IMG/VR virus record: IMGVR_UViG_3300044568_004391
Location: 1-64,000 of that record
DNA length: 64,000 bases
Origin: a virus
Strand: one strand, 5' to 3'
Part shown: piece by piece, positions 58,163 to 64,000 of the stretch
Numbering within the stretch: the stretch's first letter is position 1
Layout: each line of letters opens with the position of its first letter
Position numbers and translations under genes: made by a program
The notes under the pieces: generated by a model
The model's database searches: none
Told to the model about the DNA's origin: nothing
What the model saw: the letters and a program-made list of their open reading frames with translations, nothing else

Positions 58163-58626
58163 ATCACTTCAGATTTTTATCGGTATACAATTCACCGTTT
58201 GTTCGCCCGAAGATCAAATGGTATTTTGGTAAGGTCGCCGTCGGTGTGCCGTATTCTCTTCCGAGAAAACGGTTCGGATTTGACTTTGTTGATCTCGGAT
58301 GGAAAACCAAATGGGATAAGGACGATTTCAGGTTTGAATGGAATCCGATGATCTCGTTTGTATTTTGGAAATGGCAGGTTGCATTGTCCTTTGTTCCTGA
58401 CAATATGGATACATATTGGGAAGCTTGGCTTTATTATGAACTCAGGACCGACAAGACCAAATCCAAGATGGAAAGACTAGCTCAATGCCGAGTTAAATTT
58501 CCGATTACCAACACGACATACAATGGAAATAAAAAATATATCATTGATTGGTATGATTTTATCTTGAAGGAAAAATATCTCGTCGATCATGAGTATAGTC
58601 GCATTTTCAAAAACTCGAAAAAATAA
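58159..58626 (+). CDS. Trp-rich hypothetical protein
   Basis: ATGA overlap; GWKTKW motif. Confidence 0.6.
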   Translation: MNHFRFLSVYNSPFVRPKIKWYFGKVAVGVPYSLPRKRFGFDFVDLGWKTKWDKDDFRFEWNPMISFVFWKWQVALSFVPDNMDTYWEAWLYYELRTDKTKSKMERLAQCRVKFPITNTTYNGNKKYIIDWYDFILKEKYLVDHEYSRIFKNSKK

Positions 58627-58637
58627 AACTTATAAAT

Positions 58638-58880
58638 ATGAGCACTTGGAATCATAGGGTATTGGCCCAAAAAGAAGGAGATGGAATTTACTTTCAGATC
58701 CACGAAGTATATTATGACAAAGAAGGAAAACCTGATGGGTTTACCAAAGAGGGAATTAGTGTTGGTGGAGATAGTTTGGAAAGTCTGAGTTGGGTTTTGG
58801 AACGAATGAAAGAATGTCTTGACAAACCTGTATTATCCTATAGTGATTTTCCGAATGAATTTAATAGTGAAAAAAAATGA
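58638..58880 (+). CDS. hypothetical phage protein
   Basis: WNHRV...IHEVYY motif. Confidence 0.65.
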   Translation: MSTWNHRVLAQKEGDGIYFQIHEVYYDKEGKPDGFTKEGISVGGDSLESLSWVLERMKECLDKPVLSYSDFPNEFNSEKK

Positions 58881-59095
58881 AACAAAGAACCGCAATGCAA
58901 ACCTTGATTCATGAGATAAGCAAATCTCCAATCTCAAATCTGTCTATTTTAAATCTGATTGAAGATTTGCAACTGCTTGAGATGGAAAAGGAACAGATTA
59001 TGGGTGCTTACGATGCCTATGCCGGATTTGCGGTCTGGGGACTTCCTACAGCAGAGGACTACTACAACGAAACCTTTACTACCGACGAGAAATGA
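58877..59095 (+). CDS. hypothetical phage protein
   Basis: MEKEQI..AY...AE.YYNETF. Confidence 0.65.
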   Translation: MKQRTAMQTLIHEISKSPISNLSILNLIEDLQLLEMEKEQIMGAYDAYAGFAVWGLPTAEDYYNETFTTDEK

Positions 59096-59286
59096 AAGTT
59101 CATGTTGTAACTGCTCAGAACGTATATCAGGGAAACCAACACTCTTATGTGGTCGGGGTATATGATAATTTTGAGGATGCTAAAAAATCAATTGATATTG
59201 AAGAAATGAATAGAGGTGGGAAGTATGAATGTAGGATCGATGATTTTACACTCAATACTATACCTGAAGAACTAACTAGTGATTAA
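59092..59286 (+). CDS. hypothetical protein
   Basis: ATGA overlap. Confidence 0.55.
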   Translation: MKVHVVTAQNVYQGNQHSYVVGVYDNFEDAKKSIDIEEMNRGGKYECRIDDFTLNTIPEELTSD

Positions 59287-59287
59287 G

Positions 59288-59578
59288 ATGAATAAGAACT
59301 CAGAAAGATACAGGCTTATACTCCACGAGAATTTCAACGATAAAGGTGTGATTGACAGTAAGTATTACACAATCCAAAAGAGAAAAAATATTTTGGGGTT
59401 TTCTTATTGGAAAGACATCAAATCTCAAAAAATAATCAGAGGTAAATTTTTTGAATTTAAAACAACGTTTATGTCGTTGAAAGATGCTCAAAAATTTATT
59501 GATGATGTTTTGTCTCGTGATGTTCCAAGAGATAAAACATTGAAAACGATTATCTATAATAAAACTAAAAAAAATTAA
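59288..59578 (+). CDS. hypothetical protein
   Basis: Operonic ORF. Confidence 0.5.
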   Translation: MNKNSERYRLILHENFNDKGVIDSKYYTIQKRKNILGFSYWKDIKSQKIIRGKFFEFKTTFMSLKDAQKFIDDVLSRDVPRDKTLKTIIYNKTKKN

Positions 59579-59580
59579 AT

Positions 59581-59748
59581 ATGTCTGAAGTTAATCATAG
59601 TTTATATGAAATATTGCATGATTTATTTCTCGATGCTTATGAGTTGGGTGTAGTTGCAAAGGATATGAATGAAATAGATTATATAAATTTTCGTAAAGAA
59701 TCTATCAACAAATCAATTCAAGAAATAAATAATACTTTAAATAAATAA
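59581..59748 (+). CDS. 55-aa hypothetical protein (not in ORF track)
   Basis: MSEVNHSLYEILHDLFLDAY... fills the gap. Confidence 0.5.
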   Translation: MSEVNHSLYEILHDLFLDAYELGVVAKDMNEIDYINFRKESINKSIQEINNTLNK

Positions 59749-59758
59749 AAAACAAAAT

Positions 59759-59983
59759 ATGAAAGCAACTCTGAAGTTTGATTTACCAGAAGATGATCGT
59801 GATTTCCGAATGGCAACCACAGGTAATTCGATGCATACTGTTTTACGGGAAATGGATGTATGGTTGAGGTGTAAAACAAAATATGCACCCGATTCCACGA
59901 GTCAGGATACAATTGATGCGTATGAACGTAGTAGAGAAAGACTTTACCAACTATTGGATCAGTATAATATAGATTTAGAATGA
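59759..59983 (+). CDS. hypothetical phage protein
   Basis: MKATLKFDLPED start. Confidence 0.65.
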   Translation: MKATLKFDLPEDDRDFRMATTGNSMHTVLREMDVWLRCKTKYAPDSTSQDTIDAYERSRERLYQLLDQYNIDLE

Positions 59984-60405
59984 AAAGAATCTACTTAGAC
60001 GACATCAGAACACCGAAACCTGAAACGGGTGATTGGGTCGTTGTTAGAAACTATGATGAGTTTGTAAAGGCTGTAACTTTGATTGGTTTACGGAACATCA
60101 GTTTGATATCTTTAGATCATGATTTGGATGAATCGGCTATGAAAGAATGGTATAATAGTGTTTATCACAACTACACTTTAGATTATAATAACATTACCGA
60201 TAAAACAGGAATGGATTGTGCCAAATGGTTGGTTGAACAATGGTTGAATGGAGAACCTGTAGTACAGGTAATGATCCATTCAGCCAATGCTGTTGGTGGT
60301 GATAACATGATGGGATTTATTAACAACTACAAACATATTCATCGTTTACCTCAGGACTGTAATAGGTGGGTAGTACCTCATGATATGGAAACAATAATTG
60401 AATAA
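59980..60405 (+). CDS. cyclic-phosphate-processing receiver-like domain protein
   Basis: IYLDD.R.P, ISLDHDL, TG.DCAKWL, IHSAN..G. Confidence 0.7.
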   Translation: MKRIYLDDIRTPKPETGDWVVVRNYDEFVKAVTLIGLRNISLISLDHDLDESAMKEWYNSVYHNYTLDYNNITDKTGMDCAKWLVEQWLNGEPVVQVMIHSANAVGGDNMMGFINNYKHIHRLPQDCNRWVVPHDMETIIE

Positions 60406-61504
60406 TATGAATAATTTAGATAAACAATATCAAGTGCTCCTTCAAGACATTCTTGATAATGGAGTAGAGAAAAAAGATCGTACAGGAACAGGAACCATCT
60501 CAGTTTTTGGTAGACAGATCCGTCATAAGATGAGTGATGGATTTCCACTTCTCACAACCAAGAAGATGGCATTCAAAACTATGGTAACTGAGTTGTTATG
60601 GTTTTTGAGAGGTGATACTAATATCAAATATCTTGTTGACAATAATTGTCATATTTGGGATGGTGATGCTTACAAAAACTATACAAAGTCATTTCTTGGT
60701 TATGAAGATATACCATCTCAAGAATGGTTTATAAATGAAATCAAAAGCAACACAGAATTTGCTAAACGATTTGGTGAACTCGGGCCCGTGTATGGTAAGC
60801 AATGGAGAAGGTGGGAAATAAACGAACCTAAAAATATAGTAAAAACAGAAAATGTTACTTGGCCATATGAACCAAACCCACATACATATCAACAAAGAGT
60901 TGGTTCATTTAAGATAACACAGATAGACCAAATCGCAAACCTAATCAACGGTCTGAAAACAAATCCAGACTCAAGACGATTGATGGTTAATGCTTGGAAT
61001 GTAGGTGAGATTGACCAAATGGTTCTTCCACCTTGTCATTATGGATTTCAAGTTTATACAAGAGAGTTGAGTTTGAATGAGAAATGGGAACAATATACTA
61101 AATCAGGACTAAATATAGAAATAAATGGAACACCATTAGAATTAAAACATATGGGAACTCCATTCTATCCTAAATTATTACCACAACGAGCAATCTCTTT
61201 AATGTGGAATCAACGTAGCTGTGATATTTTTCTCGGAATTCCATTTAATATTGCTTCTTACGGATTATTACTTGAAATAATCGCTAAAGAAGTTAATATG
61301 ATACCTGATGAGTTGATTGGTAATTTAGGCGATGTTCACTTGTATTCTAACCACATTGAGCAAGCTAAAGAACAGATTGGTAGAGAACCATTTCAACTAC
61401 CTAAATTAACTTTAGAACACAGTAGTTTAGATCCTGTTGAGTTAGTTTACAAGTTGGAAGATTATCAATCACACCCAACCATCAAAGCACCTTTATCCAA
61501 TTAA
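60398..61504 (+). CDS. thyA: thymidylate synthase
   Basis: DRTGTGT, FPLLTTKK, ELLWFL.G, DSRR..V.AWN, PPCH, QRSCD.FLG.PFNIASY. Confidence 0.95.
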   Translation: MNNMNNLDKQYQVLLQDILDNGVEKKDRTGTGTISVFGRQIRHKMSDGFPLLTTKKMAFKTMVTELLWFLRGDTNIKYLVDNNCHIWDGDAYKNYTKSFLGYEDIPSQEWFINEIKSNTEFAKRFGELGPVYGKQWRRWEINEPKNIVKTENVTWPYEPNPHTYQQRVGSFKITQIDQIANLINGLKTNPDSRRLMVNAWNVGEIDQMVLPPCHYGFQVYTRELSLNEKWEQYTKSGLNIEINGTPLELKHMGTPFYPKLLPQRAISLMWNQRSCDIFLGIPFNIASYGLLLEIIAKEVNMIPDELIGNLGDVHLYSNHIEQAKEQIGREPFQLPKLTLEHSSLDPVELVYKLEDYQSHPTIKAPLSN

Positions 61505-61506
61505 TT

Positions 61507-61947
61507 ATGATCTTAGTTTGGTTTTTTATTATCCTTTATGGGTTTGTTCTCTTGTTCAGGTTCATGGACTTTATTACCTCACCCATCTATATAATTCATG
61601 GGATGTTCAATAAGAGTAGGTTGGTCAGACAAGATGCATTTAAAGGTTCATTTAGACTGATGAAAGGTATTTTATGGATTTCAATTCCGATTCTTATCTT
61701 TTACTACGACTTCAACAGTAGTAACAAAGAAATGAACTGGTTTGAGTTTTTGTTGTTTATTATTGCTCTTGTGATTTTTTTATACCCCTCCCGTTTGGAG
61801 CCAATGATTTTTAGGTTCTTGAGTATGTTTTATAGTTATGAGGAGATGTTGAATGGGGTTAATAGTATGAAAATAGGAAGCGGTAGTGAGGACAAAAGTA
61901 TCATCAGAAAATATGAGATATTGGAAAAACTCAAACCAAAAGTTTGA
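61507..61947 (+). CDS. membrane protein
   Basis: Three hydrophobic segments. Confidence 0.55.
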   Translation: MILVWFFIILYGFVLLFRFMDFITSPIYIIHGMFNKSRLVRQDAFKGSFRLMKGILWISIPILIFYYDFNSSNKEMNWFEFLLFIIALVIFLYPSRLEPMIFRFLSMFYSYEEMLNGVNSMKIGSGSEDKSIIRKYEILEKLKPKV

Positions 61948-61980
61948 GTTTTCATTTTTTTTACTTTATTATTAAGAACA

Positions 61981-62877
61981 ATGAATGAATATATTAATCA
62001 AATAGTTTGTGACAACAGCGTTCATTTTATGAGAAATATAATGAATGAGAATTCGATTGATCTTATTATTACCAGTCCACCATACGGCGTTGGTATTGAT
62101 TATGACAGTTGGGATGATGATGAGGAGTTTGAGGATTACAAAAACTTTTCAAGGGAATGGTTGACCGAGGCTTACAGGGTTTTAAAATCTGATGGTAGAA
62201 TTTGTTTGAATATCCCATATGAAATCAATAGACAGAAGAAGGGTGGAAGGATCTTTTTCGCCTCTGAGATTTGGCAGATTATGAAGGAGATCGGATTTGG
62301 TTTCTTTGGTATTGTGGATTTGGAGGAGAGTTCACCACATAGAAGTAAAACTACTGCGTGGGGATCTTGGATGAGTCCTTCAGCTCCTTATATCTATAAC
62401 CCAAAAGAGTGTGTCATCTTGGCATATAAGAACTTATCCAAGAAACAGGTTAAGGGTACACCTGAGTGGCAGGGTGAATATCAGAGGGTTCCAAGTGAAA
62501 AGATTGAGGGTGAGTTCAGAAATAAGTTGGTTTATGATGAGAAGGACAAGAAGGATTTTATGGAACTTGTATTTGGTCAATGGAATTATTTTGCCGATAC
62601 AAGATCTTTGACCAAGGCGACCTTCAGTTTGGATATTCCTTGGAAAGCAATTAAGATCTTGTCATATAAAGAAGATATTATCTTTGATCCATTTAATGGT
62701 AGTGGAACCACGTGTTTGGCGGCGGAGAAACTCGGAAGAAAATGGATTGGATGTGAAATCAGTGAAAACTATTGTGAGGTGGCAAGAAAAAGAATTAAAG
62801 AATATCAGGCAGAAAGAAGCGCTGCCAAAACCTTATTTTGTGATGAAATTAAAACTGGAAGATTTTTGGACATATGA
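61981..62877 (+). CDS. beta-class N4/N6 DNA methyltransferase
   Basis: ITSPPY, ATF, DPFNGSGTT, IGCEIS. Confidence 0.9.
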   Translation: MNEYINQIVCDNSVHFMRNIMNENSIDLIITSPPYGVGIDYDSWDDDEEFEDYKNFSREWLTEAYRVLKSDGRICLNIPYEINRQKKGGRIFFASEIWQIMKEIGFGFFGIVDLEESSPHRSKTTAWGSWMSPSAPYIYNPKECVILAYKNLSKKQVKGTPEWQGEYQRVPSEKIEGEFRNKLVYDEKDKKDFMELVFGQWNYFADTRSLTKATFSLDIPWKAIKILSYKEDIIFDPFNGSGTTCLAAEKLGRKWIGCEISENYCEVARKRIKEYQAERSAAKTLFCDEIKTGRFLDI

Positions 62878-64000
62878 TAAAGAGATATAATTATTACAAC
62901 GAAGATCTGTATCGGATCGCAATTGACGAAGGGGTAAAGACCACTTCACAAGGGATTCTTTATTTCCCCACCGGCAAGTTCACGGGACGATCTCCCAAAG
63001 ACAGATATTTCTGTGATGGAGAATATGTTGATAAGGTGATAGACAAATCAAGGGAAATCAACCAAATCATATCAAGGGAAACTTATTCTAAACTCAAGAA
63101 TTCTTTGGAAGAACATATCAAGAATTCACCTGTGGAATATAAAACTTCAAGGGTAGTTTGTTATCATAAGAAGTTTCATACTTTGGTTGACCTTCATACC
63201 ACCCATGCATGGGCGAACATATTCTTCAATAATATGACCATCAATGCGACGGGGATACAAGCGGAAGGTGGAGGATTTTTTACCAAGTGGAAGGTTCTTC
63301 ACGGACCGGAGTTTGTTCCCCAAGAAACATACGAAGATCTTAAAAACCCAAACTTTGTCATCATAGATTTTGAGGATAAAACCATCATTATCGGTGGAAC
63401 CAGTTATACCGGTGAGATAAAGAAAAGCATCTTTACCGTTTTAAATACTATCTTTATTGATCACGGAGTTCTTCCGATGCATTGTTCGGCAAATGCAAAC
63501 TCCAAAAATGGAAAAGGGGTTAATCTATTTTTTGGTTTATCGGGAACAGGGAAGACAACTTTATCTTCGGATCCAAATAAGTTTTTTATCGGAGACGATG
63601 AACACGGATGGTTTGAAGATCATATCTTCAACTTCGAGGGAGGATGTTACGCAAAACTTATTAACCTCAAGAAAGAAAACGAACCAATCATTTGGGACTC
63701 CATTCATTCTCCTGATAGATTCAATCATACCAACTGTTCTTTGATGGAGAATATCGTCGTGGACGATGAGAATAACCCCGACTTTTCGGATTCATCAATT
63801 ACGGAGAATATCAGAGCATCATATTCATTGGGACAACTTCCTGAAGAGTTTATGGTAGATGATTTAGGGCTTGGAAAGAATGTCAAAAATATCTTCTTCT
63901 TATCTTTTGATGCTTTTGGTGTCTTACCTCCGATTTCAAAACTTGATTTGGATGACGCAGCAAGATTCTTCAAGATGGGATATACTTCCAAAGTGGCGGG
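62874..64000 (+). CDS. pckA: ATP-dependent phosphoenolpyruvate carboxykinase, 3'-truncated by the window (not in ORF track)
   Basis: TGRSPKD, YTGEIKK, PMHCSAN, FGLSGTGKTTLS, IGDDEHGW, NFEGGCYAK, DAFGVLPP, GYTSKVA. Confidence 0.95.
   Translation, partial: MIKRYNYYNEDLYRIAIDEGVKTTSQGILYFPTGKFTGRSPKDRYFCDGEYVDKVIDKSREINQIISRETYSKLKNSLEEHIKNSPVEYKTSRVVCYHKKFHTLVDLHTTHAWANIFFNNMTINATGIQAEGGGFFTKWKVLHGPEFVPQETYEDLKNPNFVIIDFEDKTIIIGGTSYTGEIKKSIFTVLNTIFIDHGVLPMHCSANANSKNGKGVNLFFGLSGTGKTTLSSDPNKFFIGDDEHGWFEDHIFNFEGGCYAKLINLKKENEPIIWDSIHSPDRFNHTNCSLMENIVVDDENNPDFSDSSITENIRASYSLGQLPEEFMVDDLGLGKNVKNIFFLSFDAFGVLPPISKLDLDDAARFFKMGYTSKVA

Noticed and set aside
60398-61504. Intron or intein in the long thyA
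   Set aside because: Frame is continuous, the insertions are short and no splicing motifs are visible
63457-63991. ORF-track entries 63457-63744 (+) and 63725-63991 (-)
   Set aside because: Alternative frames inside pckA
1-64000. Stop-codon reassignment
   Set aside because: Recognisable genes are full length in the standard code and TAA, TGA and TAG all end ORFs
1-64000. Bacterial chromosome origin suggested by cysK, dnaJ, sigma, thyA and pckA
   Set aside because: These genes are scattered among virion-like and small phage-type ORFs with no bacterial operon context

Overview
AT-rich, densely coding, mostly + strand segment of a large (jumbo-like) tailed dsDNA phage. The host is inferred to be Bacteroidota from repeated TTTG-N19-20-TAnnTTTG promoters, no obvious Shine-Dalgarno sites, a Bacteroidota-type primary sigma homolog, and Hc1, DUF2452 and SprB-like domains. 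Layout: (i) 0.3-15 kb, a FkbM-like methyltransferase and a glycosyltransferase followed by Thr/Pro-repeat, Cys-module virion/tail proteins; (ii) 15-25 kb, RuvC, primase, exonuclease, CysK, SbcD/SbcC and sigma70; (iii) 25-28 kb, a probable lysis cluster; (iv) 28-52 kb, putative head-packaged proteins, LamG proteins, DnaJ, a beta-helix fibre, a Dam-like MTase, redoxins and a degenerate MetK-like protein; (v) 52.8-53.2 kb, two tandem structured ncRNA genes; (vi) 53-64 kb, dCMP deaminase, two restriction-modification-like modules, ThyA, a further MTase and a PckA gene cut off by the window end. The two strongest novel candidates are a homolog of plant extensin O-glycosyltransferases (SGT1/HPAT-like) directly upstream of mucin/extensin-like TP-repeat virion proteins, and a pair of covarying pseudoknotted ncRNAs, each with its own promoter and terminator. 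All family assignments come from motif recognition by eye; no searches were run.
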